A DNA stretch of 64,000 nt from the NCBI GenBank assembly GCA_004431415.1, contig QPMI01000250.1, positions 53,875 to 117,874 on the forward strand. The letters run 5' to 3'. The position numbers were made by a program, and so were the translations under genes. Numbering within the stretch: the stretch's first letter is position 1; each line of letters begins with the position of its first letter. The notes under the pieces were generated by a model. It searched no databases, had not been told where the DNA came from, and saw nothing but the letters and a program-made list of their open reading frames with translations. The DNA comes from Cyanophora paradoxa CCMP329. Taxonomy: Eukaryota; Plantae; Glaucophyta. This document shows positions 32,201-48,239 of this stretch, in pieces.

Positions 32201-35200
32201 GGGTCGACGGCGAGCTCCTGCGTCGCCGCCACCCGCAGCAGCAGCGCCGCCCGCCCCAGCGCCACCCTCGCCGCAAGCCCCGGCCCGTACTGCGCCGCCG
32301 CCCCCGGATTCTGCGGGCGGGCGCGCGTCGGGGAGCAGCGGGGGCCGACGGGCGGGCGGGGCGCACGAGGGGATGGCGACGAGGCGGCGGATGGCGGCCT
32401 CGTTGCCGGCGTCCTCCGGCGGCCGGTCGTTCCGGTACCGCACGCGCGGCCCGCCTGCCGCCGCGCCGGCCCCCGCCGCCGCCCCGCCGGCCGCGCCCGG
32501 GCGGGGGCCTTGGGGCGGCGGGCTGGGCGGGGGCGGCGGGGCGGCGGGGGCGGGGGCCTCGGGGGCGCGGTGGAGGGCGGCGCGGGCCTCGTGGTAGAGG
32601 GCTCCGGAGGGCAGGTCGCGGCCCTCGAGGAGCTCGGCGAGGAGGGCGGCGGCCTCGGCGATGAAGCCGCCCTGCGTGAGGGCCGCGAGCTTGGCGAGCT
32701 TCGCGAGGACGGCGCCCTGCACGTCCCCGCACAGCTCCTCCGCCACGTGCCGCTGCAGCGTCGCCACGGGGAGCGCCTCCGCGAAGTAGCCCGCCTCCAC
32801 CAGCTGCGCCCCGTCACGCCCCGCACCCACGCCCGCCCCGCCCCGCCCGGCCCCGCGCACCGCCGACGAGAGGAAATCGAGGGCCTCGAGGAGGGGGCCG
32901 GCCTTGACGCGCGCCCCGTCCCCGAGCAGGTTCACCCCGGGCCACAGCTGCCGCGGCCGGTGGCCTGCGAACAGGTGCGCCTCCTGCGGGTGCTCCACCG
33001 AGCACTGCCGCCCCGTCGGCCACGGCGATGGCGGCGGCGGCGGCAAGGCGGGGCGGGGCGGGCGGGGCGCACGGAGAAGAGGGCGCGGACGAGGGCGGCG
33101 GCGAAGAGGGCGTGCTGCAGGCGGGCGTGCTCCTGGTCGGCGAGGCAGTGCTTGGCGATGCGGGCGAGGGCGACGGCGGCGAGCAGGCACGGCCCCAGCC
33201 CGAGCGACGCGAGCGGCGCCGGGTGCTTCGCGAGGAGCGCGCGCCACTGGGAGGCGGCGCCGAGGACGCCGAAGGCGGCGTCGACGAGGGCGGCCCAGGT
33301 CTCGTGGGCGCGGCGGGCGAGGCCGTGGGCGAGGTAGAAGTCGGCGAGCTCGCCGAGGGCCTGCAGCAGGAGCGCCGTCTCGCGCTTCTCCCGCAGCACG
33401 CCGATCGCCGTATCGTACGCCACCGCCACCCGCGCGCTCAGCTCCGCCTCGAACCCGAACTCCGCCACCCGCTCCCGCTCCGCCCCGCTCAGCGCCTTCC
33501 CCGCCCGCCGTTCCTCCCCGCCCGCCTCCGTCAGCCCCGCCGAGCTCGCCCGCCGCTCCGACGGCGCCGCAGCCGCCCCCGCGGTGCCCTCCCCCGCAGG
33601 CGCTGCCCCCGGCACTGCCAGCGTCGCCGCCCCAGCCGGGCCGGCCCCGCCCTTCGCCCCGCCGGCGACCGATGCGCGGCGCGCTGCCCCGGGTTGGACG
33701 GCGGCGGCGGCGGCCTCGGCGGCAGCGGCGGCGGCGGCGGCCTCGGCGGCGGCGAGCTGCTGGCGGCGGCGGCGCGGGTGCGGGCGGTGGAGAGGGCCTT
33801 GGTGAAGGAGGCGAGGAGGGCGCGGGCGGTGACCAGCGCGTCCACTGCCGTCGGCCGGTCCCGCTCGTGCTCGCTCAGCATCTGCCCCGCCCGTCACGCC
33901 CCTGCGCGACGCGAGCGGGGCGGGCGGGGGCGGGCCTTGGCGAGGGCGGCGGCGGCCTCCTGGGCGGCGGCGAGGCGGCCGGCCTCGATGCGGCGGGCGA
34001 GGTCGGGGAGCTGCACGCCCCCACCATCCGCTTCATCTTCTCCTCCTCCAGCCGCGCCAGCACCTTCCGCGCCGCCTCGTGCCCGCCTGCCCCCGCCCCG
34101 CCCCGCGTCGCCCCCGGGGCGGCCCGGGCGCGGCGGGGAGAAGGGGGCGCACGAGGAGGGGCCCCTCGGCGAAGCGGCCGCCGGTGAGGGCCATCGCCTC
34201 GCGCACGAGGCCGGGCACGTGGCCCAGCCGCCCCTCCTCCACCAGCACTGCGCGCCCCGCTTGGGCCCCGCGGCGCGGGGTCGGGGCGGGGCGGGCGCAC
34301 GGGCGCAGCAGAAGCCGAAGGCGTCGCGGCAGAGGTCGACGTCGAGCTCTCTCGCCGCCTGCAGCCAGGCCCCCGCCGCGCCGCTCGCCCCCGGCTCGCC
34401 CTCGTCGCCGGCGCGGCGGGAGAGCTTGGACGTGCGCCCGGCGCGGGTGCCGGCGCTCTTCGTGCTCGCCAGGCTCTTCTTTGAGGCGTCCCCCGCGAGG
34501 GTGCGCCCGCCCTCGGGGCCCCCCTCCGCCGGCCCCGCCCCGCCCTCCGGGGCCACCGTCACCCGCAGGCCGGCGAGGTCGAAGGCGCGCTGCCACAGGA
34601 GGCGGCCCCTGGACGGCCCCGGCGCCCCGGCCGCCGCCTGCTGCTGCTGCGCCGCCCGCAGCAGCTCCAGCACGCAGCCGGCCACAACGTGCACGCCCCG
34701 CCACGCTTCTGCCCCCTCGGCCGCTGCCCGCCCCGCACTCAGCCCGTGCTGCGCGCGGCGCGGCGCGCGGCTCACCGGGGACGTGCGGCGCGGGCGCAGC
34801 CGGCGACGCGGCGGGCGCCGCGGACGCGGGGGCGTGGCCGTGCTTGCCGGGCGCTGGGGAGGTCGAGCGCGAGGCAGTGGCGGAGGCGGCGGGGGCGGCA
34901 GCCGGGCCGCTCTTCTGCTGGAGGCGGGCGAGGGCGCGGGCGGAGCGAAGACGCGGAAGGTGGCGCGCGCGGCGTTGAGCCACGCGCGGAGCGCGTTCTG
35001 CAGGTGGGCCACGCCCCGCTCCGCTGCGCCAGCACCACCGCCCGGGCCAGGCACGCGAGGGAGCCCCCCGGCGGGCCGCCCTCCTCCTCTCCGGGAGCGG
35101 CCCCGCGGAGCGCCGGCCTTCGCCGTGCCAGCCGCCGGCTTGGCGCCCGCCGGCGCCGGCGGCTGCTTGGCGGCAGCGGGGGCGCCGGGCTTGGCGGCCG

Positions 35201-38200
35201 CGGGGCCGTCGGCGGGGGCGGGGCCGGGGGCGCGGTCTCGCGGGAGAAGTGGAGCTGGGCGCGGGAGAGCTCGAGGAGGGAGCGCCAGCGGAGGCTCCCG
35301 TCCCGCGCCGCCCGAAAGTGCGCGCGCCGGCGCCCGCGCAGCAGCGGCGGCGGCAGCAGCGCCACCAGCTGCTCCAGCTGCCCCGCCTTCATGTCCCCCA
35401 CCAGCGGCGCCCCCGCCGCCCGCCCCCGCCCCGGCCCCGGCCCCGCCGGCTGCCCCCGGGGCCGGCGCCGCCTCCTTGGAGCCCTTCTTGGGGGCGGGGC
35501 CGGGGCGGCGGGGGCGCTGGGGTCGGGCGGGGGCGCGGGGACGCGGGCGAGTATCTCGGCCTCGGCGGCGACGCTGAAGGCACGCTTGAAGTCGCGGAGA
35601 GCGGCTGCGGCCCAGGGCTCGACCTGCGCGGCCTGGCCGGCGGCGAGGGCCTGCTGGCAGACGAGGGCGGCGAGCTCGAGGAAGCGCGGGTGCGCCACGC
35701 CCGCCTTCGTGACCTCTGCCATAGCCGCCTCACCGCCCCCCGCGTGCAGCTGGCCCCCGCCCCCGTCGGCCCCCGGCGCAGGGCGCGGCGGGGCGGGGCG
35801 GGGCGGGGCGGCGCACGGCACGCCAGACGTCGAGGGCGAGGCGGTCACCAGAGGGTGCCCGGGCGGCCGCCAGCTCGGCCCCCTCGGGCCCCAGGGAGGC
35901 CACGTACTCGCCGAGCGCCTCCGCCTCTCGCTCCGCCTCGCGCCAGCCCTCCGGCTGGGCCCTTCCCCTGCGGCGCCGCCTCGGCGGGCGGCGACGGGCG
36001 GGGCGCGGAGGGGCGCACCGGGGCGGGGCAGGAGCTCGAGGGCGGAGCGGGCGAGGGCGGGGAGGGCGGCGGCCTCGCCGGCGGCGGCGGCGGCGAGGAG
36101 GAGGTAGTAGGAGAAGCGGGCGGTGGCGCGCAGGAGGTCGGGCCGGGCGGCGACCTCGGCCGGCGGCAGGGCGGCGGCGGCGGCGCGGCACTCGAGGAGG
36201 GCCTGGAGGAGGTGGCGCGGGGGCCCCGCGGGGAAGGCGGCGAGGAGCGGGGCGAGGAGGCGGTATGCCTGGAGGAGGGCGTCGGCGGTGAGGGCGTGGT
36301 CCCGCAGCGCCCCGCTCGCCCGCAGCGCCATCAGCAGCTTGTTCGCCGCCTTCAGGCGCCCCACCTGCTCCCCCATCGCCCCGCCCCGCCCCGCCCCGAA
36401 CCCGTCCTCGGGGCCGGCGAGGGGCCGCTCGACGGGGCTGTTGGCGGCGACGGCCATGAGGACCTGGGCGAGGACGCGCACGAGGGGGCCCGGCATCTGC
36501 GAGACGAGCGGCTGCGAGAGCCGGTGCGCCACCGCGGGGTTCAGCTTGTGCAGCGGCGCCTCCGCCTTCGCCGACACGAGCGTCTCGTACAGCACCTGCC
36601 CCGCGTCGGCCCCCGGCGCCGGCGGGGTGCGGGCGCGGGGGCACCTGGGCGGCGCGGCGGAGGGGCGGGGTGGCCCCCAGGCGGTTGGCCTGGAGGGCGA
36701 GGTAGCCCCAGCAGAAGAGGAGCGGCAGCGGGTGCAGGGCGACGATCGCCGGGCTCCCCGTCTCCCCGATGCCCCCGGGGCACGCCCCCCGCGCGTCGTG
36801 CGCCCCGAAGGCGAACGCGTACGCCTCGTTGGGGGTCAGGCCCCGCACGAAGAAGGGGCCGGCCCGCCCGAGGCCCCGGGGGCCGGCGGGGAGGGGCAGG
36901 AGGGAGCCGGTGCCGGCGAGCTCGGTGTTGTTGAGGCTGACGGCGATGCCCGAGCCGGCCGCCTTCCCGTAGAGCGCCACCGCCGCCGCCGCCGCCTTCC
37001 CCTCGTACCCGACCCCCCGCACCGCCACCGCCGTCGGCGTCCGCAGGAAGAGCCGCGGCGGGGGCGGCGCGGCGAGGCGCCCGCCGGGGCCGGCGCCACG
37101 AGGGCGCGCAGCAGGGCCGCCTCCTCCGCGGCCGCCGCCTCGAGCGCCGCCGCCGCCTCCTCGAGCGCCGCCACCTGCTCCTTCCCCGTCCTGCGCCCCT
37201 GGCCTCGCACCCCACGCGCCGCGGCGCCCGGCGGGGCGGGGCGGGGCGGGGCGGGCGGGGCGCACTTGCGGAAGGGGGCGAGGGACATGAGGAGGACGGC
37301 GCGCTGGTAGGCGTTGTGGCCGCACTCGCGCAGGAGGCGGGCCTCGGCGGCGGCGCCCGGGCCGGCGTCGGAGCGGACGTCGTCGATCTCGGCGGCGGCC
37401 GCCTCCTCGAGGCGGCGCCGCTCCTTGTCCGTGATCGCCCCGTACACGTCCTGCATCGCCTCCCGCCGGCCCCGCTCCGCCTCCCGCCGCTCGTGCCGCC
37501 GCAGCAGCGCCTCCCGCGCCGCCCTTGCCGCCAGGGCGAGCTCGCAGCGGTACAGCCGCGCCAGCAGGTCCACGTGCTCGCACCACAGGCCCTCCTCCCC
37601 CTCCTGCCCGTCCTCCGCCCCCGCCCCCGCCAGCTCCTCCGCGGCCACGCCCTCCGCCCCGCCCTGCCGGCCGGCTCGGAGGCGCGGGGCGGTCCGGGGG
37701 GCGGGGTGGGGACCTTGTGCGGGGGCGCGGGGGCGGCGGCGAGGGCCTCGTGGAGGGCGCGGAGGGCGAGGGGCCGGGGCGCGGCCGTCACGGAGGCGAG
37801 CGTGGCGCCGTGCTCCTCCGCCCACTCGGCGCGGTGGGCGTCGAGGGCGTCGAGGGCGGGGCGGAGGGCCTGGGCGGCGCGGCTGTAGCGCCCGGCGTGC
37901 TCGTGGAGGGCGGCGAGGCGGGCGGCTACGCCGACGAGGAGCTCGACGTCGTCGACGCCGGCCCCCAGCAGCGCCCCGTACACCGCCGCCACCAGCTCCG
38001 TCGCCAGCCCCAGCGCCCCGACCTCGCCCCCGCCCTCCGCCCCCACCGTCGCCGCCCCCGTGAGGGCGCCGATGGAGGCGGCGGCCTGCGGGGCGAGGAG
38101 CGGGGCGGTGGGGTCGGGGTAGAGGGCGCCCTGGGCGCGCCAGGCCTCCTCGAGGGAGGCGAGGAGCTGGCGGCAGTTCAGCCACACGTTCAGCGTCGCG

Positions 38201-40018
38201 TCCACCAGCATGTCCTGCCGCTCCCGGATCGCGCCCCCGGCCAGCCCCTCCCGCAGCAGCCGCCCCAGCCGCCCCAGGTCCGCCGCCCGGTCCGCCGACA
38301 CGTGCTGCAGCTCGTACAGCCGCCACACCAGCTCCGCCTCCCACCGCAGCGTCTCCCCGCGCGCTGCCGGAGACTCAGCGCGGGGCCCCGGGGGCGGGGC
38401 GGGGCGGGCCGCACGGTGCGCGTCGGCCTCGCGGCCCGGGGCGAGGCGGGCGAGGAGGAGCGGGGCGAGGGCGGCGACGGTGGCCCACTCCTCGGCCCCG
38501 TAGGCGGCCTTGAGGAGGGCGACGTGGGCCTCCAGCGGGGCCCCCGCCATCGCCCGCCCCGCCTCCTCCTCCGTCACCTCCGCCGGGCCCGCAGCCTCCG
38601 GCCCCGCCGGCCCCGCCGCAGCCGCAGCCGCCCCCGCCCCCGCCCCCGCCTTGGCGGTGCCCTTGCCGTCCTTGGCCTCCTTCGCGGGGGCGGCGGCCTT
38701 TGCGGCTGGGGCGGGGGCGGCGGGGGCGGCGGGGAGGGGGAGGCCGGCGGCGTGGCGCTGGTTGTAGTAGAGGGTGAGGGTGTGGGCGTGCGGGGCGAGG
38801 AGCTGCTCGGCCATGGCGAAGAGGGCGCGGACGGCCTCGCGGCGCTCCTGCGGGGGCGGCGCGTGGCGCAGGACGCGGCCGAAGGAGTCCGGGAGGGCGA
38901 AGGCGAGCGGGGTGAGCTTGTCGGGGGCGGAGGCGAAGAGGGCGGCGTGGGCGTCGGCGAGGGCCTTGGCGTCCTTGAAGAGCCCCGGCATGCTCCCGAA
39001 GCGGAAGACCCGCAGCCGCAGCTGCCACGCCCCCGCCGCCAGCGCCGCCGCGTCCTCCGGCGACACGGGCATGATGTCCGTGCGGAGGAGCCCCTCGAGC
39101 TCCTCGAGCTTGCGGAGGCAGAGCTCGCACCACTTCAGCGCGTGCGGGTAGGCGCGCAGGTCGTCGTAGCAGCGGGCGACGAGGGTGTAGAGGCGCACGC
39201 GCCAGGGGAGGTAGCGGGTGTTGAGGAGCGCGGCGCTCGACTCCATGGCGAGGGCGGCCCAGAGGGCGAACTCGACGACGTCCTTGGCGTACGGCAGCGT
39301 CACCAACGGCTCGTACACCGCCTCCATCGCCACCGTCACGTTGTACACCCGCCACGCCAGCTCCTCGTGCGCCACCGCCAGTTCCCCCGCCGCCCGCAGC
39401 TGCGTCAGCGCCTCCAGCAGCGCCCGGAACGTCGACGCCCGCTTGACCCGCACGTCCCCGAGCAGCGCCAGCCCCGCGTTACACCGCGCCGCCCCCGTCA
39501 TCGCCACCACCTGCCCGCCGCGCGCTCATCCCCCGCCCCGCCACGGCCGCCCCAAGGGGGGCGCACCCGCTGCTCGAGAGCCGGCCCCTCGCCCGTCGCG
39601 GTCTTGTCCTGCTCGAGCGCCTGCAGGCAGGCAGCATAGCACTTGTCATGGGCGAGCCGGTACTGCCGCTGGTCCTCGAGCCGCTGCCCGAGCTTCAGCA
39701 GCTCCGCGCGGAACGCCGTCGGCTGGAGCTTCTCCTGCGAGGGAGACTAAGCCGACGTAGCGCTCGAACGAGGAGCGTCGAGACCTGGAGAGTTCCGAGA
39801 GCCTTGTCGATCGGCAGCGTCGCCGTGCTGGGGGGCGGGAGCGCGTCTGCGGGGTTTGCGCGGCCCAGAAACTGCGCCAGAGCTTCGCGGGCATCAGACG
39901 CGGCCAGAGGTTCCGGAGTTTAGGTAAGCTCATGCTCACGCTTCGGAGGCGGCCTCAGCTGCCGCAGTACCGCCGGGTCAAGCACGTCGTCGAGGCCAGC
40001 CACCGCTGGCGCGGGCAT
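29268..40018 (-). CDS. CFAP54: Cilia- and flagella-associated protein 54 (central pair), many short introns
   Basis: AWRVYNVTV..EFALWAALAMESSAALLNTRYLPWRVRLYTLVARCYD (N-terminal conserved block); VSLNNTELAGTG..GLTPNEAYAFAFGA..GIGETG..PLPLLFCWGYL. Confidence 0.85.
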
Positions 40019-40190
40019 CCTGCTAGCTGATGTTTCTGCTAGCTTCTTGCGCTTGTTCTTGTGCTCCGCATGTGGGAAAAGAGAGGCGCACTAAAGCGTT
40101 CTAAACACTGTACTCCCCCTCCGCACAACTTTGAAAGCAGTGGCATCTCGGACGGGCAGCAGATCGAGCTGAAGCAGCCGGAAAAACCAC

Positions 40191-41152
40191 ATGCAGGCAG
40201 AAGAGGGGCAGTCCTGCCCGATCGCCTCTCTGCCGGACAGCCTGCTTCTACACATTTTCAAGTTCGCCGCCAGCCATGTCCACGAGCTCCTTGCATGCCG
40301 GGCGGCATGTCAGTTATTCAGAAGGATCATCGGCGACGCTGCGGAGCTTTGGCGGGTTGTCGCTCTGCCGGTCGTTGTGCCAGTTTTTGGTAGCACGTCC
40401 CGTGCGCGCTGCAGCCTCGGTGACGACGGCGCGGGGCTCCATGCGGTGATGCAGACTGGCAAGAACCGCAAAAAGTCGAAGATCGAGCTGACCTCGTCGT
40501 GCGGCGGATCGCTCTTGGCGCTGCTGCGTCGTGCGGCGGAGGCTGGCAACCCCTCGGCCCTGCTCTCGTTGAGCCTCATTTACGAAGTCCGTATTTTGCG
40601 CCGGTACATATCCTTGCTTTTTGATTTTGTATGCAGCACGGCTCGCCGCTCGTCAGCAGGAGCATTGATAAAGCGATTGGTTCGCCGGAGCCAGAACCAC
40701 TTCTGGACAAAGCGCGATCTGAAGTTAAACATACATCGCAGAGCTGGCCATGCAAGCTGCTGAACAGGGGGACGCTGCGGCATGCTGCCGTGTGGGGCGT
40801 CTCCTGCGGAGCGTGGGCGGCCGGAACGAGGAGGCCTTCAGGTTCGGCGCAGCGTCAAGTGGTTGTCGCGCACTCGAGACTCAACCCCGTCGCCTCAGGT
40901 TCGTCAAGCTCGCTGCCATGAAGGAGTCGATCGAGGTGCACCCCGCCCTGCCCCCCTCGCGGACCGCCGCCGACGCCTGCCCGCCAGGCCGCTCTTCTCC
41001 TTGCGGAGCTCTATGATGGGGGGATTGGGACCGAACCAGACTACCGCGCCGCCGGCGTTTGGCTTCTTAAGGCTCACCAGCAGGCCTCCCACTGCGATGA
41101 CAATGATGTGACGCCTCCGCGGCAGCGTCGCCGCACCCTCACTATGTTCTGA
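40191..41152 (+). CDS. F-box + Sel1-repeat protein
   Basis: IASLPDSLLLHIF..CRAACQLFRRII..LW (F-box); AAEAGNPSALLSLSLIYE, AAEQGDAAAC, LAELYDGGIGTEPDYRAAGVWLLKA (Sel1). Confidence 0.8.
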
Positions 41153-41601
41153 TGCCGCACTCCTCCTTCAACCCGACCCCCCCCCCGCCCCCCCCCATCC
41201 ATCCCCGCCCCCCCTCCCCCCTCGCCGCCCCGCCCGCTCAAGCTCGACCCCGCTGTTCAACCGTACCACCAGGACCAATCCTCTGCCCCTGCTCCTCGAG
41301 CTCGAGCTCTGCCTTCAAAGCTAGCCTAGTATTAGTTTCTGGATTGTGTTTACGGCCGCCCGGCCCATCTGGAGTTGTTGTGCCGAAAAATGTACAGCTT
41401 TACCCCGAGTCGGTGCTTGGCTCTGTTGGTGTGCGTCACGGCGTTTCGGGGGCTATTATTGCATACACTAGAACTATAATAAAGAGCACATCATCATGGC
41501 ATCGGTGGTGGGCCGGCCCTATAAGCCACGTGCCGCCCTGGGGATTGGGCGACCGCGGAAACGGAGCGTGGGCCGGCCAGCTTGGCAAGGGGTTGTCATG
41601 C

Positions 41602-45020
<3,419 letters not shown>

Positions 45021-45123
45021 TGCGTTGTAAAACCTCGCGGAGCGAGGGCGAACAGAGGTACGAAAGAAGAGCCCTCTTTTTTTCGAGGGCGGGTACAGGC
45101 AATCGAAGCGAAGAGCGGCAGGC

Positions 45124-47416
45124 ATGGTGCGGCTGGCAGCTGCGCGTGCGTGCTCGTTCGCATGCTTACGCGATACACGGCAGAGCGCGCGCGAGGCCGA
45201 GTCTGGGAGCGAGAGCGAGGAGGAGCTCGAGCTGGACGGCGAGGGCGCAGCGCAGGATGACTTCGGCGACTGGGAGGAAGAGGAGGAGGACCCGACGAAG
45301 TGCCTGTTCTGCGAAGGGGTGCTGCCGGGCGCCGCGGCGGCGCTGGATCACTGCGCCTCTGCGCACCGGTTCGACCTGCGGGCGATCAAGCGGAGGCAGG
45401 GGCTGGACGAGTACGCGGTCATACGCATCGTGAACTACGTGCGGCGGCAGGTCGCCGCCGGCCGGCCCGCAGCCGAGGTCCGCCGCTGATCGCGAAGCGC
45501 TACCGCTCCGACCCGTGCCCGGCCGAGCGCGCGGCGGTGCGGGGCAGGTTGTGGCCGAGATCGATGGGGCGGGCGCGGGCGGGCATGCGGCGGCGCGGGA
45601 CGACGAGAACCTGAAGCCGTTCCTGGCGGAGGACCCGCTCCTCTGGGGCCTCGAGGGGGACGACGACGAGCCGGCCCCCGCCTCCGTGCCCGGCGCCCCG
45701 GGACCCTCCTCCGCCAGTGCGCCCGCCGCTGCCCCCGCTTGCCCCGCGCGGCGGCCGGGGGCTGAGGGGCGGGGGAAGGGGCGGGGCCGGGGAGCGGGGC
45801 GGGGGAGGCGGAGGCGCTGCGGGCGCGGGTGGAGGAGCTGGAGGCGCAGCTGGCGGCGATGCGGACCTTCGTGCAGGAGGCCGCCTTCGGGGACGAGGGC
45901 GAGGAGGCGGCGGCGGCGGAGGCGGCGCGGGGGGCGGAGGCGGGGGGCGACGAGGGCTACTTCGAGTCGTACGGGCGCTGGCAGATCCACGAGGAGATGC
46001 TCCGCGACGCCGTCGTCCGCCCCGCCCCGCCCCGCCCCGCCCCCGGCGCGCGCGGGGCGCCGGCGTGAGCGGGGGGCGGGGCAGCGGACGGAGGCGTACC
46101 GGGACTTCCTCTACAAGAACCCCGACGTCGTCCGCGACAAGGCCCGCCCCGCCCCGCCCCGCCCAGCGTCGCCCGGGGCTGAGGGGGCGCAGGTCGTGCT
46201 CGACGTCGGCTGCGGGACGGGGATCCTCTCGATGTTCGCGACGCGGGCGGGGGCGCGGCACGTGATCGGGGTGGACCGGAGCAGCATCGTGGAGACGGCG
46301 CGGGAGATCGTGCGGCGCAACGGCCTCGAGGCCAAGGTCACCATCCTCCGCGGCCGCGTCGAGGACCTCCTCCCCTCACTCCCGTGCCCGCCCCCGGCCC
46401 ACGCCCCGCCCCGCCGCGCCCCCTCACCCTGACCGCCCCCGCAGCATGCCCGTCGACGTCATCATCAGCGAGTGGATGGGGTGCGCCGCGCGGCCCGGCT
46501 CCGGGGGCGGGGCCTGGGCCTGACGGGGCGGGGCAGGTACTTCCTGCTGTACGAGTCGATGCTGGACACGGTCATCGCCGCCCGCGACGCGCTCCTGCCG
46601 GCCGAGCGCGCGGCGGCGGGGGCGATCCCCTCGCCGCCGGCGGTGTACCCCAACGCCTGCACGATGTACATCGCCGCCCTCGACGTCCCCGAGCGGTGCC
46701 CCGCCCGCCCCGCCCGGCCCAGCCCGCCGGCCCCCGACGCGCCGCAGCGACGACCCGGTGCGCTACTGGCGCAACGTGTACGGCTTCGACATGTCGTGCG
46801 CCGCGCCGGCGCCGGCCCCGCCCCCCGCCCCCGACGCGGTGCAGGGTGGTGGAGGGCCAGGCCGTCCTCGACGCCGACGTCGACGTCTACCCCCCCGAGT
46901 ACATCATCTCCGACCCCTGCCCCTTCATCGTCCGCCCCGCCCCGCCCCCGCCCCCGCCCCCGGGCCCGAACCGGCGGCAGCGGCTGGACATGACGACGTG
47001 CGGGGTGGCGGACACGCTCTTCCGGGCGCCGTTCACGCTGACCGTGCAGCGCGCCGGCGCCCTCCGCGCCTTCCTCTCCTACTTCGACTCCCACTTCGAC
47101 CTCCGCTGCCCCAACGTCCGAGCCCCCCGCCCCCCGCCCCCGCCCCGCCCGCTGCACGCGGGGGCCGAGGCGCGGGGCGGGGCAGGCGGTGCACCTGCGG
47201 ACGGGCCCGGAGGAGACGCCGACGCACTGGAAGCAGACGGCGTTCTACGTGCGGGAGGAGGTGCGGGTGGAGGCGGGGGACGTGGTGTGGGGCGAGATCG
47301 CCGTCTCGCGCAACGCCGACTACACGCGCGAGCTCGAGGTCGCCCTCGAGTGGTCCCTCAAGGGCCCCGACGGCTCCCACCGCGCCTCCGCCTCCCAGCG
47401 CTACCACGTCCGCTAG
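45124..47416 (+). CDS. PRMT3: Protein arginine methyltransferase 3
   Basis: N-terminal C2H2 CLFC..[79 protein letters not shown]; exon 1 is the ATG alone. Confidence 0.93.
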
Positions 47417-48239
47417 CCCCGCCCCGGCCCCGACCCCACGCCCTCCGCGCCCCCGCCCGGGGCCCCAGGCCGGCCCCCGGCCCGCCCCCAGCTCCCTGAG
47501 GTCACCGGTTCAGTGAGTCGCCAATCGACTTCGTGAGACGTGAAAATGCACACAGTTCCCGCACCATGGCACGTTGCGAGTCCCCGGCCCGGCGGGCCCG
47601 CAGTATAAGCCCTGAAGAGGAAGGAAGCCCTGATATCGATTATGCTAGTATAAGCCCTGAAGAGGAACTCAGTGACTGGGAAGGAAGAGCCTCGGAGGCC
47701 CCCCGGGGCCCGGCCCGGGCGCCAGCTAGCCGGGCCCGGGGGCCTGCACCGTGGCACCATGGCACCTTCAAGCCACGGTCTTGGCATTGAAAACATTGAC
47801 TCAGTGAGCGATCCGATGATCATGATCATGAGGCCCTGAGGCTCCGAGGCTCCGAAGCCTCGGACGGTCCGGAAATTTGCCATGATGATTGAATTAATTA
47901 CATATATAATTATATAACATTGAATAACCAAAGACCGTCGGACATCGGAATCTCCGGGCCGGAATATCCATCATCGGATCATCGGATCAATGGTCAGTAC
48001 GTACTACTGCGTGTGTGCTTGATCGATTTCAAACTTGAAACAGCTTTCAAGTTTAGCCTTGAAGCCTTGACTAATCACTGAGTCGTGAGCTGTCATGATC
48101 AGCCGCTGGCTCATGATCATGATCAGCGGCGCCGGCTGTATACGTACAGCCTGGCAGCTCTTTCACTGATCATGATCATGATCATCGGATCATGAGTCGT
48201 GAAGATCACGTGAACCATGAGGCAGCCCGCCGCGCGCTC

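Noticed and set aside
29144-39760. Very long Arg/Pro/Gly/Ala-rich ORFs on both strands
   Set aside because: Artefacts of extreme GC content and intron read-through of CFAP54
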